Source: Daphnia carinata
Taxonomy: Eukaryota
Assembly (NCBI RefSeq): GCF_022539665.2
Contig: NC_081334.1
Location: 2,852,001-2,916,000, forward strand
Direction of reading: 5' to 3'
DNA: 64,000 bases
In this document: one piece after another, positions 23,001 to 37,200 of the stretch
How the letters are laid out: every line of letters starts with the position of its first letter
Position numbering within the stretch: position 1 is the stretch's first letter
Program-made: the position numbers and the translations under genes
Notes under the pieces: generated by a model
What the model was told of the DNA's origin: nothing
The model's input: the letters and a program-made list of their open reading frames with translations, nothing else
Databases searched by the model: none

Positions 23001-26000
23001 GAAGTGGCGGCCTCTGAAGCCACGGCAACGCTGGGCGAGGCGGCCTCCGGCGGCGGAGGCATCGGCACTTTACCGGTGAAAGGTGCCACTTCGGCCGCCC
23101 CCTCTTCGGCCGGTTGCGGCGTCGTCGTGGCAGGCACTTCCTTGCCATTCTTTGTTGGGGTAACAGGTACGTCCTGATTGGAATCTTCGTCAAAAGCCGC
23201 TTCGGCCGGAACGGCCGGCCCGCCGTTGGTGGCCCCGACGCTACTGACGCCTCCGTGAGCGTGAGATTGGTGATACTTGAGGCCGTTGATGTGACGGTAC
23301 TTTTTGGAACAGTTCGGCTCTGGGCATTCGATCAGCATTGGAGATGGCGCCGTCGACACTGTGGCCGGCGGTTCCATCGACGGGCTGGAAGATCCAGCTC
23401 CTCTGGAACTGGAACGACTTCGTTTATTGGCGCTGCCATTGGACGCGTCGTCTGCGTTTTTGACGCCATTGCCACTGCCGCTACTGCTGCTGCCTTTGCG
23501 TTTGCCGCCAGATGTCAGCACTTCCTTGGCCGGACTGGGTGGTGCCGCGATTCCGGCGGCGCTGTTGCCTCCGCCGACACCTCGACGTCCTTTTGCTCCG
23601 TTACGTAATTTACTGTGCATCGGACTGAGCGACGCATCAGCCAATCCAGCGATTCCGATGCCACTAGCGCCGCTCGTCGGCACTGGCGTGCTCGTAGCTC
23701 CGCGCCCCCTCTTAGCCCGGCCTTTCGGCGCACGAGATTCCGCATCACTGGTCGGTGAATCGCAGAATCTATTCACAAAAAAAGAAGATATTAAATGCAA
23801 ATGAAAAATGGCTCGAGGCCAAAATCGTGACTGTACCTTGGTGGTGCCCAGTCATTCTTCGTACAATCCATCAGCGTGCCAACATATGTTTTACCTCGCC
23901 ACGTGACATTCACGACCAAAACACCTGTTTTTATTTTTTTAAATAAGAAATTAAATGTCTGTTTAGACAACAAAGAAAAAAATAATATAACTAACCTCCT
24001 TCTGTTTCGTGCCAGACGATGCCTTCTAAGGTAACAGCAGTGCCAGGTTCGCAAGGTCCCAGGCACTCGGGTTCGGTCATCGTTGAGGCACTGGCCGTGC
24101 CTACACAAGCATCCGCTCGTGAGACGACCAGCGACGATGAGCAGGATGTCGAATGGGAGCACGGAGATCCATCCGCACTGGGACTAGAAACAGACAGCGG
24201 GTTGTGGACACCATTGACCAGCAATCCGGCACTGGGAGGCGTCACGGCCAGTAGAGTCACGCTCCGATTTGTTGACGTCACGCTGCTGCCCGCCGACGGT
24301 GGCGGAGGACTTGGATCCGTAACCTATCAATCAAAAGAATTCAGCGTTTAAAAATCGTGATTTTTGGAAACATTGTCGTGATTTTGAATAGGGGAGGGGG
24401 GGACATGGTAGAATGAACCTCGTGTTCGGGAGAAGACCCAACGTTGGTAGCCATTTTGCCTGTCGAGGCCGAACGGGATCTGAGTCGACGGGTCGATCCC
24501 GAATTCGTAAGACCTGCACGACGCAATTCGTCAGCTTTCGTGAGCCATTGTCGGAGGACTCGTTCGTCTATTTGCAAATGAACGGCGGCCGCCCTCAAAC
24601 CCGAACGTTCGGCTTCCTCAACGGCTCGTAATTTCAGCGATAATGAATACGATGTTCGACTTTTGACCCTTCGACGACCTTTGATTTTCACTCGAGGAGT
24701 GGCGTGTTGAGGTCGTGACTGACTAGGCAAATTGCTTCCCTGTCCACCATCGTCCACCATCACCGACAACATCTGTTGTGCCATCACATCGATTTCTCCC
24801 GCCGATTCATTGAAAATTTCTTCTTTTTCTAATGACGTCACACTTGTTTCAAACAACGTTGGTGGCCTAAACTGTTTTCACGTCAAACGAGAACGGATCC
24901 ATTTTGATTACATGCAATGGTTGCAGAACACAATGGCGCCCAAAAGCACCCCACGTTGTTTAACCAGTTTTTTTTTTCTTTTTTCAAAACCACATTGACA
25001 AGACTTGTCCACTTTTAACGGTTGATGAATGTTCTTTAAATCATTGTTTTGAAATGTTTAACAAACAATTTGCGGTAAGTCGCCTAAAACGATACACACT
25101 TTCACCATCTCACTCGATTTTTATTTTTTATTCGAGTTCAGACTTGCAAAGTTCGTCTGCTTTGCTTCTGCCATCTTTGACCTAACCTCCCAACACTTCT
25201 CAACCCTTAGCTGTGATTGGTCCCACGAGACGCCCCCTTTCCCAAGACCTTGAGGGGGTTGTTTAAGTGGTTCCGGCAACCTTTTTCAACAACACAGGTC
25301 GAAATAGAAAAAACTATTCTTTAGCCTAAAGCGAATGTCTTTACAAATTTCGACCGGATACAAGGACAAAAATGTTTGTCAGAGAATTCAGGGTATTTCT
25401 CGAGATCCTTAAAAAAGACGAATCGAGGAGAATAAAAGAATTGTACAAATGTCAAGTAGAGCACACAGTACGTTAAGTTGAGACGCTTCCCCCATTTTCT
25501 GGAAAACTTGCCAACGGCGAAATAAAAGAGAGGCTGCTACACGTTTTGGCTTACTACTCCTGTTTTGGAAGAAAAAGTTTTCTCTCAAGTGTACACGTCT
25601 CAACTAATTGCATTGCTCGCAGTAGCATCGAATACATTCAAAAAGCACGTTATACTTTGGAACTTTGCGTTACTTAGTGAATCAGCAAAGGAAAATCAGT
25701 TGCTTGACGTTATAACTTGAAAATAGACATTATTGCTTTCATCTCGCTTTGTTGCTAATAAAAAGCGTTGCCACTTTTTTTTTATTAGCTTTTCTCTTTT
25801 TTTTTTTTTTCCTTTCCTCAAACAACCGGTCATAATAATAATAATAGTGAGGGTCGTATAAATATAATAATAGTGCGGCACCCACAAAAAAAAAATAATA
25901 AAGAAGAAAAGAAAAAAAAAAAGAAAAAGAAAATCACGACATTTGTTTGGCAACGTCAAAAACTTACTTTATCCGACACTAGATGGCTTGAGGCGCGCCA

Positions 26001-27524
26001 TTTTTTGGCGGGTGGACTTGGCGGTTCTGTACATGTGGACGTCATTAGCGTGGACGACGTCTTGCTTGCTCCACTGACAATGAGGGCATCTGGACGTCCT
26101 GGTCCGGCCAGGTTATTGAGTAAAACAGCAGAAGCCCCAACTGGCGTGACTGTTACAGGCGATCCTATACTGTTGCCGTACGTTGGACTGGATCCATTGG
26201 TGGGCGGCCCTGTAGTGCCATTGGTCATGGCTAATGGCGGCAGAACAACAGCAGAAAGTGGCGGCGTTCTACTGCTGGGCAACACGCCACCAGCTCCCAC
26301 GACAACGACGGGCGTGACTGTTAAACTGCTCGTGGCCGACGATGGAACGGCCATGGCTGCTCGTAAAGAGGCCGGCGATCCACCTCCTGAAACGGTCACC
26401 GGCGTCACTGTGACTCCCGACGATGTCGTCATCATCCCGGCCACCGTGGCCGTCACAGTGACGGCCGAAGTGGTCGAAGACGTGCTGCTGCCAACCGACG
26501 CACTACTTCCAGGTGGCATTTTCACAGCTGCAGGGGCGGCCACTTTCTCCCTGGACTTGTCTCTCTTGTGATTGGCCGACGACGGTCCACGTTTGTTATT
26601 ATTGTTATTATTATTATTATTGTTGTTGCTGCTGGTGTGGTTGTTGTTATTGTTGGGGCCGGCCAGCGGAGGACGTACGCCGGCCGTAACGGCAGACGTC
26701 GGGCCCGCAGCAGCTGTGACGGTGGTCGGCGAAGAGATGGCAGCAGACGACACTGTCGGCCCAGTTGCAGGTTGTTGCACTGACGCACCGCTGGTGGAAC
26801 TATTAGCCACTTCGGAACTTTTCACAATTTCGTGTTTCGTTTCAGAGGATCGCGTGCCCGGCCCTGGTTTCGTCCGTTTAATCTTCATTTTCAAGCCTGG
26901 TTCAACTGTAGCCGAATGAACAGCTGCTGCCATCTTTCCCGTGGCGCCGTTACTAGTGCCACCACCAGCCTGAACGACGGCACTCGTTTTGAGTGCGGCC
27001 GCCGAGCCGGCCGTCGTTGCGATGACGGCCTGATTGTTTGTTGTCGTAGCACTGGCCGATGATGAACTGCTGGACGTCGTAGCTGACGCTCCACTGTTCG
27101 GACTTGTTCCACTTGGCATTCCGGCGCCGCAACCTTGCTGTTGATTCCTTTCTTTCACAGTTGTGGAACTACTCGTTGTCGTCGTCGTGGCGCCCGTGTT
27201 GTTCTTTTCAATGTCGGCGTCTAAATCAATGATCAAATTGCCAATGCCCACATCCCATTCAGAATCTTCGTATTCGAAATTGGTTGGATCGCCCGAACGA
27301 CCCGATGCGGCGGTTGGGGCCTGGGCGTTGACAGTTGTCACCAGACCTGGGCACACCTGGCTCGATGATGCAACGCTGTTGTTATTGCTGTTTGTGTTAT
27401 TATTATTATGATGATGATTATTGGTGATAGATGCGGCGGCGCTGGGCGCAACTGCACCGCAACCCAGAGAATCGGGCCGCGCCTCCTCCAGTCCTGCAGC
27501 AGCCAGCGGGCCCGACTCTTTCAT
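20036..27524 (-). CDS. sbb: Brakeless/Scribbler (ZNF608/ZNF609 family) nuclear co-repressor
   Basis: Exons 27524-25968, 24323-23996, 23924-23837 and 23768-20036 join in frame. Family motifs: [73 protein letters not shown], single C2H2 finger [56 protein letters not shown]. Confidence 0.95.
21030..21350 (-). repeat. Coding CAG/CAA polyglutamine/histidine tract in sbb
   Basis: About 100 codons of Q/H-rich sequence in the 1254-aa ORF. Confidence 0.95.
24341..24874 (-). CDS. Brinker-type (BrkDBD/HTH) DNA-binding-domain exon nested in sbb intron
   Basis: [46 protein letters not shown] fits the Brinker/CENP-B-psq HTH pattern (RxSYxxxFKLxVxxxAxxxGxRAAARxFxVxExxVRxW). Phase-0 donor GAG|GTTCAT at 24419/24418. 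Confidence 0.7.
   Translation of the reverse strand, partial: QFRPPTLFETSVTSLEKEEIFNESAGEIDVMAQQMLSVMVDDGGQGSNLPSQSRPQHATPRVKIKGRRRVKSRTSYSLSLKLRAVEEAERSGLRAAAVHLQIDERVLRQWLTKADELRRAGLTNSGSTRRLRSRSASTGKMATNVGSSPEHEVHSTMSPPPLFKITTMFPKITIFKR
25140..25200 (-). promoter_or_regulatory. Candidate internal promoter upstream of the BrkDBD exon
   Basis: AGCAGACGAAC (minus strand, ~25152-25162); the same motif occurs in the Vps34/Golgi-protein divergent intergenic region (~43934). Function is inferred only. Confidence 0.3.
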
Positions 27525-30500
27525 TGGTCCGGCGCGCGAGCGGCGGCAACGCTGGCGCTGCTGCGGGTTGGGATGGTGGCGGCTGCGGGCGCGCGAGCCT
27601 CACGGGCGGCCGGCGCACCAACCATCGGGAGCACCGACAGATATGTGCACGACACTGTTGTTGTTGTCAATCGAAAACACTAAACTGAACAATCCCACAC
27701 CCCCCGCAAAGAGTTGACGTCTGTAATTGTTTTTTTGTTTTGTTTTTTTAATTTGTAAATGAGTGCACTCTAGCGGTCGATTGTGTCAACTTTGTTGTCC
27801 CACCTAAAATAAATAGAACAATATTAATAAATAGTTCATCCAATCAATAATCACATTGAATTTCATTTGAAATATGAATAAATAATAAGACGTATGCAAA
27901 AAACAAGGGGTTTCAAGTTTTGTTACGACGTTCGCATGAAGCGGAAAGATAACACAAAAAGGAAACTTGTCTTATTTGACAATCGATGGCGAGTTTCCAA
28001 CGACAAAATGTCGGTTGTCCCCCCCGCATCTTAAAAAATAAATATTTCTTTTTTTTTTTCTTTCTGTTCCAGTCACGTCTACCCAACTAACGACTTGTCC
28101 CCCTTTTTTTTTAAATATATATTTAAAGAAAGAAAAAGGGAGGGAAAAACTCGTCTGGGCCTGGGACATGTATCTGATCAAAAGTCAACAACCCAAAAAT
28201 GGCAACCTCGCTTGGACATTAATTTGTTCTTTTTTTTTTGTCAATTGGCACACGTGTTTATTCAAATCGATTCATTAAAAAAAAAAATAGAACGGAGCGG
28301 ACTATTCTCTATATATAAAAAAAGGGGGGAAGCTCAATCACGCTCTAAATCACCGATCGTGATTGGTATCACGGGGAAACGATCAACAACGGAAGAGAGA
28401 AGAAGAAGAAAAAAAAGGTGGGGAGGAAGATGAAATCAATACGCTCGAGGGTCGTGTGTCTGATAACAGCCCCGAAAACCCAAAGGGCGCCCTAGAGGAT
28501 ACAAACACACCATCTGGCGGCAGTGTTAAAAAGGGGGCGTCTGTGTACGACGAGTCTCGCGCACACACATTTCATGTTGAACATCCGCTCTCTTGAAAAT
28601 CTTCCCTACACTTCCTCCTCTCTTTTCCCCTACTCTGACGTTTAATTATGAACGATGGGTCTTAACGCAGAGCACACGCGTGCGGGTTCAATCCAGTGGC
28701 TAATCTCATTATAGACTTTGCTGAGTTGCCAATGTACAAAAGAGACAGTTCTCGTCAATGGTCACCACTTCTCTTTCTTTTAAAACATTATTTATAAGAA
28801 ATATAATGTGTACACACATCATTATCGCTACTAACAAACATCTTTTCTTTTTTCTAGAGCCCACTTTCATCTGGCCAGTCTTATGTTAGGAAGATGAAAA
28901 GCAAAGGCAACTTTGAATCAATAATAGGCTGCAGGGCAAGTCGGAAGTTGTACGAGCATAAAGGGGGGGGAGCTGTGTAACTCTATCTAACAAAAGGATC
29001 CCAAAGGTTCCGGTTAAGGATCAAAAAGGAACTTTTTTTTTTTTTAAAGATAGAAACATAAGTCGAATGTCAATGATGAAGCAAAAAAAAAATAAAAAAT
29101 AAATAAATAATGAATATATGAAGTTGCGGCTAATTACAAGTGATCGATCACGCGCGTCCATTCATTACAAACAATTACACAAATATAAAAAAAAATCGAA
29201 AAAAAAAATGAACAGCTGTTTTTTTTTTTTTGAAATAAAAAATGAGGGGGAGGAGCATAGACAAGAGATTCTCTAGCAAGGAATCTAATTAAAGGCGCCC
29301 CTTTTCCCAAAGAAGGGAGCCTTTCTCCCATTTTGAAAAAAAAAAAAAAAAAAAAGATTCTGAGAAGGAGAGCCTCTTCTTTGTCTCTTCAATGCCAAAA
29401 AGGTCGGCAGTAGAAGAGAGAATCCTAAAAAGGAAACGGATAAAGAGAGAGAGGGGACACACAAGGAAGTAGTGATGAAACTTGCAAGACGCGTCAGACT
29501 AATTGATTGTCGTCGCAACGGTAATCAACACGTAACGGACGACGCCATCCGACGCCCAAATGAACACACACCATTTTCCACAATTGCAAAAATTAAAGAT
29601 GTCGCTTTTTACTTTGAGATTCTGATTATTCCTTTTTTTTTTTATAATCCAACGGTCATCCTTTTGTGTTTTCTTTCCACTGCACTCACACACGAATACA
29701 CACACAAACACACATACACATATATAAAACAATTGAATATTTAAAAAAAAAAAAAAAAAAAAAAGAATGAATGTGAGCAGAGCGCTGTACATGAGCGACC
29801 GCTCGTCTCAACGGCTTTCGGGCCGACTGCTGGCGGAGAAAAATACCCCACCTCCTCTCTCTCTAGAGAGAGCTTATAGAGAGAAAGGCTCTCTCTCTCT
29901 CTACTCCCCCCGTGCGGCGGCGCTACAAAACCGCGCTATCGCCTTTTTTTTTTTTTTTTAAGGAAAAAACAAAAAATAGAATTTTTTGTATTTTTTTCGA
30001 AATGTTGGCCAAAAATGAAAATGTGTGTGTTTTTTTGTTTTTTTTTTTAATCAAATGAATTTTGGGGAGTAAATGAGGGTTAAAAAATATATAAAAGAAA
30101 TAGATGTGATTGTACTACACGCATGTGTATATATATATATATATATATATACACAAGAGAGAGAGAGAGAGAGAGAGAGAAATGTCAGAAAACAAACTGG
30201 GTCTGAAGAAGAAGAAGAAGAAAAAAAGAGAAAAGAACGTGGCGCAATCAACGGCCATCGTTGAAGGCGCCTCGTCCAGGGAACAAAGGAGGCCAGGAGC
30301 GAGGCCTGGATGGTATGGAAACGCTTGAAAATCGGCCGGAAACGGACGGACAAGACGAGCAGATCAGTTTGCTAATGATTGCCAATAGATTGACAGTTTT
30401 TGTGGCATTCAAATCGCTTGATTAACGACGAAATCGTTCGAGGGCGTTTACCCGACTGCCAGCCACGCCGTCGTCCCTAAAATGGTCGTTGATTTCAGCT

Positions 30501-31192
30501 TCTCTTCTTCTCTCCCCCTCTTCATCCTTCTTTTCATTCTCTCTCTCTCTCTCTCCATCACTTTTCCATTCGTAGAGATAAAAACAGCTCGACTGTATAC
30601 AAACCCCGTGGGTTATACATTTTACTTCCCCCCACCAACTCCCCTCTCTGAAAAATATATTTTTTTTTAAAATAATCCCCTTCATTTTTTTTAAATTTCT
30701 ACATCCATTCATTTGTTTTCTTTTTTTATTAAAAAAATAATCGAAGAAAAAGAGACACACACAAGAAAAAGAACGAATCAAAAGTTGTTAATATTTTTTC
30801 TTATAGGAACGTTGCCAGGTCTCTTGGAAGCGTCGATGCGAACAACTCGTGTTTGTGTGTGTCGTCTCTTGTTTCGCACATTTTTACGGCGTAGAATTTC
30901 TTCTGTTTTTCTTTTTCGTGTAGCAAATTGAAAGCCATCGATTTACTCTTCACACACACACGTACTTAACTATAGAAGAATGTCACGCCCCCCTTTCACG
31001 GCCAAAAAAAAAAAGAAGATAACTGGGCAATGCTTTTTTTTTTTTTTCAAAAGAAAAAGTCCATTGATTTTTGCATTTTGCCTCCCCCCACTACCAGAAA
31101 AAAATAGTTTTGATGGGGGGGGGTATCAGATGAAGTGACGTCACAACCCCGTGGGGTCTTTTTCTCTATACTTCATCTCGAAATAAATACAA

Positions 31193-31227
<35 letters not shown>

Positions 31228-34200
31228 CTTTGTGTGGTCACGTGTCCACCACTTTTCATCCGATTCCTCCATTCCACGAGCTTTCTGGGATGAAAAAAAA
31301 AAAAGAAGTCGATATCGACCCGCCGACTTCTCTTGTTTAATGATCGATTATTAAGGAATGGGGTGCGGTAGTTATATATACGACAGAAGGGGGAGGTCGG
31401 CGTCAATTGACAGCTGTTTAGTGAGCGTACCAAAAAAAAAAAAAAACGTGTGTGCACAGCAAACGAAGCACATCATACAAAAAGAAGTCAAACAAACGCA
31501 GATATGATTGTTGAACGAATAAAAAAAAAAATGCATTATTACGAATACGAGTGGAATGAAAGAAAAAATCGCATCTGGCAACGTCTAGGGGGTTTCATTT
31601 TTTTTTTTTCTATTCTCACACCCGAAAATGGATATGTACAGTCTCTTCCTTTTTGGAACAACATTCCCCCCCCCCTCCATTTTCTTTTATTTAAAGTGAA
31701 AAAAAAAAATAAATAAAGCTGCTGGAATCGGAGAGAAGGATAATACACACAGATGGGAAATAACAAGTCTTGCGGTCGGAGCAAATTACCAACAAGGAGC
31801 GGGCAGAGAAGAAGAAGAAACCACCTACCACTCTTGCGCCTAATGAGTAGGTGAGGTTGGCCTTTTGTAGTTTGGAACAGTCACGGTCATATGAACGATC
31901 TTTTTGCGATGATTGGCATTTTTTTTTTAGAGATCAAATTTCTTATTTAAAAATATATTCAATTGGAAATGTTCAAATGCGAGAAGACTATTGTTGTGGC
32001 GCTAGTGTCGGTCCCCATCGAAAAGAAAAAGGAAGCCAACCGCAAAATGAAAATAAATAAATGATTTAAAAAAAAAAGGAAAAAAATAAATTTTTTTATA
32101 AAAAAAAAAAAAAAAAAAAGACTTGTGTTTGTGTATGCAATGCCGTCTTTCAGAACTCCAAGAAAAAAAAAAACATAATAAAAAAAAAAAAAAAAAAAAA
32201 AAGGGGGAGGTGGTCACGACCATCCCCCCCCCCCCCCCCTGGTGAGTTTGTGTGACAAAGAAGACGTCGAATAAAAAGAGCAGACGACATGCAAAAGTCT
32301 TGTGTGTCTGCGGTTGTACACAAGTGTTGAGAAAAAACAAAAGAGCGTCACGAAATGACGTCATCACGTCCTTTTTTTTTTTTTTTCTTTTCCTTGTTCC
32401 AGTCACACGGCGCATTTTCTTGTTTTTTTTTTTTCCAACTGTATTTCTCTTTAGGGAAAGAAGCGGCCTCGTCATTTTCTCGCCACAACAAAGAGGAAAC
32501 GAGAGAAATTAGCATACAAAGCCGCCCCACATCCCCTCGTGTCAAAAAGCCATTTCTCTTCTACCATTCGTTTTTCTTTTTTCTCCCTTTTTAACTCGGT
32601 GCAATCGATTTCTTTGCATTTCAAGTAAATAATATGATCCTTTTTTTAAAAATCCATTTTTTTTTCCTCTAGACGGCGCCATTTGTGGTGACATGGGGGG
32701 GGGGGACAAAAAGTGGCACAAAAACTCTCTCTCTCTCAAACACGCGTTTTTATTAAAAAACAAACGTAGTCTAAACATTTCTTCCATAAAGTGAAGAAAA
32801 TCATATAAGAAAAAAACAAAATGGACGCCCGTAATGAAAAAGAGCGACATCATCGCTCTTTGACTGTCTTGTCTTTCGTGTGTGTATTATGTTTGTTATT
32901 TCAGTAAGCTTTTTGTAAGAAATAAAGAAAATAAAATATATCTTTTTAAAAATAAAAAAAAAAAAAAAAAGGAATTTTTTTTAAGAACTTGGGGCGGCCC
33001 GTGCGATTCGCACCCTTGCCCATCTATGGGGGTCGGGTCCCTTTTCTTTTTTGCTTTTGGGAAAGGAACTCTCAGCACTTTTTTTGAAGGGGAAAAAAGA
33101 GAAAAAAAAAAGAAATACTCGACAACGGCATCATACACAGTCGCCAAGTCGGGTGGAAACATCCTTGTAAAGAGGGCCCCGAGAGTGTGTGTGTGTGTAG
33201 ACAAGCAACGACCATCGCACAGCACAAAGCTCTAAAACAAGAAAATGGACGTTGATTGTGCATACGAGAGGCTTGCCCTGGAGGGGTTTGGCATCAAGTG
33301 AGATTACCTTGTTTCTTTTTTTTTTTTCCCTTCCTTCTCCGGTGTGTGTGTACTAGGCATACACACACACAGAGAGAGAAAGACAAGTCTAGTAGTTGTT
33401 GTATTCTAGCTGGGATTTTTTTTTTTTTTTTTTTTGGAAAATGCAGTTTGAATTGTTTTATGTTTTGGAGGCAAAACTTTGTGTGAAAAATTAAAAACAA
33501 AACAATATTTTTAAAAGTAATGAATCTCCTCGAGGCTATTAAGAATCAGGGACACGAATTTGCTGAGGTGAAATTAAAAGATTATCATTGCGTTTTGTTT
33601 ATGGAATTAATCGGAGATATTAAAAAACAAAAAGAGACGTGTGTCACTTGTTTTGTATATGTTTTTAGAAATAAATGTTTCGGTCCTCGGGAGTTGCGGC
33701 GCGCCATTGTTCACTCTTTTAGACGCCTTATTGGCACCGTTTCCTATCTCAAATGGACTCTATATTGTTGCAGGAGGGGGGGGGGGAAGGACGTCACGCT
33801 AAGGGTATTCACAACACGCTTCCATGTGGCTCCTTTCACACACAACAAAAAATCCGTCCCTCTCTTTTTTTTTTTTTTTTTCTTTAGGTGGGGTAGGAAA
33901 AAAAAAACCGTTGGGTTTCCTTTAATATTTTTTTTTTTTTTTCATGAATTTCATAAATAAATTCGGCGGCCATTTTCTTTTTTTAGCGGGACGACATCAA
34001 TGAAAATGGCGTCACACTCGCGAAAAATGTGTGTGCGGCTGCTCGATTGAAATTCATTTTTTTTTTTTTTTTGGATCGATGCGTTCAAGTGCATCCCCAG
34101 TTTTTCAAAATTTATTGATCGGTTGCGTGAGCACGAGATTTCTATAGAATGTGTGTGTGTGGAGAGATAGAGAAAAGCTTTTCACGCTGTTAAAGGGACG

Positions 34201-37200
34201 ACATGTCAAACAGAAAAAAGAAAAAAGTCGATCCACCTCTCGATTCGTTCAAGAGTAATGGACATTTTCCAAATGGGAATTGCAAATTGTGCAACACACA
34301 CCGAAAAAGATGAAACAGTTTCCAAGTGAACACGTGACAACTATTAAAATATCATCGTTCCTTTATCATTTTTTTTTTTTAAGGCGTGCATAACGCGTGA
34401 CTAAATTAGGACACGCGCATCTACACAATAAAAACGCGCCTTTTCGTGAGAGAAATAAAAAAAAATCAAAATAAATCGTTTAAAAATATGAGATCGATAC
34501 ACGTCGTGAAAACGAGTCAATAAGGTCGCATTTTGTCGAATAAAAAATTTCAGTTGTTGTCGGGATTAGAAGCGAGGACCGGCAAGTTGATCGGCTTATC
34601 ATTTCACCGAACCTTTTACCCCCCCCCCCCCCCTACATATAGCCCTGCCATCATTTATAGAAACACACCCTAGTGCTCGTGTGTCAATCGATCCTAACAC
34701 AAAGAAAGCATAACAAAAGACGAACGCAAAAATGATTTTTCAAAAATAAAATACAAGTGATGAAAAAAAAAAAAAAATGGCTGTTTCATTATATAGCTGG
34801 ACCATGTATGTTGTCGTGTGTGGATGGACATCAAATAGAGATGCTGGTCTTTTTGGGGTGGGGGGGTGGGACGGTTGTATACGAGAGAAGGGGATATAAT
34901 CAATACTGCAGCGGTTTGGGGGATGGTGCGGCGGCGTCGTACGGAAATAATAAAGCGCACCAGAGATCGCGATCTGCAATAATGAATACACTTCTTAAAT
35001 GATGTCCCCCTGATCGTTTGTTGTACACCAATTTTTTTTTTTCTTTTCTTTTTTAAAATGAAAAAGTTTAAGTTTTAAATCGATGTCTATCGCTAGACAA
35101 ACGGTCTAGAGCGTAGACATGGAAGGAAGAGCTTACAGTTTGCTAATCATCTCCAGCGTTGCCTTGAACAGACTTTAAAGGATTTCTTCTTTTTTTTTTT
35201 TTTTTTTTGTGCGCATTTTCCTTTTGTCTATTTTTTCTTTTTCAAATCCGGAAATGTCATTTTCTTTTTTTTTTTCTCTCTCTCTCTTTTTTGCTCGTTT
35301 TTATCGTCGTATCGTGTTTGCGGCTTTTATCTCTCCCTCCCTTCTCCGTCGTTTTCGACTCTCAATTTACGACCGCAGGGGCGACACACACAACAAACGA
35401 AATGTGTATATTTTTGTCGAAAGAGATGGGGGCCATCGTTATTACTATCACTCATGACACTTGTTTATTTTGTCGTTTTTGTCCCCCCCCCCTTTTCCCT
35501 CTTGATCCTACTTCATCCCACCTGGATAATCAAAATAGACAGTTTTTTTTTTTTTTTCATCACCACCATTAGCATAAAAACAATTAGATCTTCACCCATA
35601 GCAGACGATCGAAAATGGATGACGTGTGGTCAAAGCGGCCAAAACAACAACTGGTTCGAATAATTGTTTTTAAGAAAGAGAGCCGCCAATCTTTTTCTCA
35701 TTCAACGCATAAAACGTACCCAAAAACTAAATAGTTTATGTATCGATCATTTCTCGGGGCCAAAAAAAAAAGGAGGGGGGAACTGCTTTTGTTGGCCGAC
35801 TTGCTGTTTGCTGGGCGGATTGTCGTCGAGAGAACGAGTTTCCTCTATAGATTATCAGATCGAACGGAGACACACACACACACACACACACAAGAAAAAC
35901 GGATAAATAATAAAAAAAAAAAGAGAGAGAAAACAAGTTGCTGAAAGAAATAATTTTTTTTTTCTGTTTGTGTTTAAAAAAAAAAAAAAATCAACTTGCG
36001 CGTTTCCAACGTTCAGGATATCTTCTGTTGTCATGGCAACGCAAGAACAAAGGAATCACAAACGCATCGTGTAAATAAAAATTGAAACCCTCTCCCCCGC
36101 ACAAAAAAAAAAAATAAGAATGGTGTGCACAAAATATATTTGTGTGTGTGTGTGTGTTACTAGTTTCGTTTTCGCCGAGCTGTTCATCTGTGATTACGAT
36201 GATTATCTTCCCCTCCCCCTCAAAACAATTCATTACACCATTTAAGAATCAACACAAATACGTTATAACTCGTTGTTGTTCTCTCTGTTGGAGAAAAGAA
36301 GGGTGGAGATAACAACAAAAAAAAAAAAAAAAAAAGGAGGAAGGGTCTTTTTTTTTTATATTTTTTTAACGAAACCAGCAATCAACGACCATCGCTAACT
36401 CGCAAGCAACGGCCATTTGTACTTCTTTCTTTTTCTTTCCTCCCCTCGTCTTCTATATACGAAAGAAAAATACAAGGAGAACATTGCCGGTCCTTATAAC
36501 ACACACAACTGCTAGAGTGGGCAGGGAATTTTTTTTTTTTTTTTTTAGAACCCGGAAAAAAGAAAAGACGGTAGACATGTACACATGCAGCAGACAAAGG
36601 ACGTGGAAAAAGAAATGTTTTTTTCTCGCAGTGAAACCGGACGACGAGAGATGGAACGTTCACTCACCTCATTTTTTTTTTTTCTTCTTCTTCTTCAATG
36701 AGAAAGAAAAAAAAAAAAAATTGAAAAACGGCAAAGTTATGTCGGCCATTGCGTCAATGGCATTTTGAATCGTAGGAGTTTTGAAAAAACAAAACTGTGC
36801 GGCTTGTTTGTCTTTCGCATTGGCAACGAGAGAATTTCAATATCAACAAGCGACATCTATATGCGCATTCCAAAAATTGAAAAATATTTTTAAAAAAGGA
36901 CTAAGAAAAACAAAGATAGTCTGAGCTAATTGGACTGTGGGATAAATATATATGTCGTTGAATCAAAAAATTATTTTTAAACTCTCCCTCGCGGCTTTTT
37001 TTTTTGGACGCGACGCCATCTTTGATTCGGCACGAGCCACACGACGGCGACAGAAAATGCAACTAAAAGAAGAAAAAAAAAGACAACAAATGCTAAACAA
37101 ATAATCGAATTCGCACGATGTGAAGCGAAAAAAAGAAAAAAAAAGAACTATTTGGTAGGAAAAAAAGGATGGGAGGGGGGCGTTTGATAAGCTATAAATT

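Noticed and set aside
20101..23804. Long plus-strand ORFs (256, 416, 166 aa etc.) antisense to sbb
   Set aside because: Shadow frames of a GC-rich, low-complexity coding exon with no domain signal.
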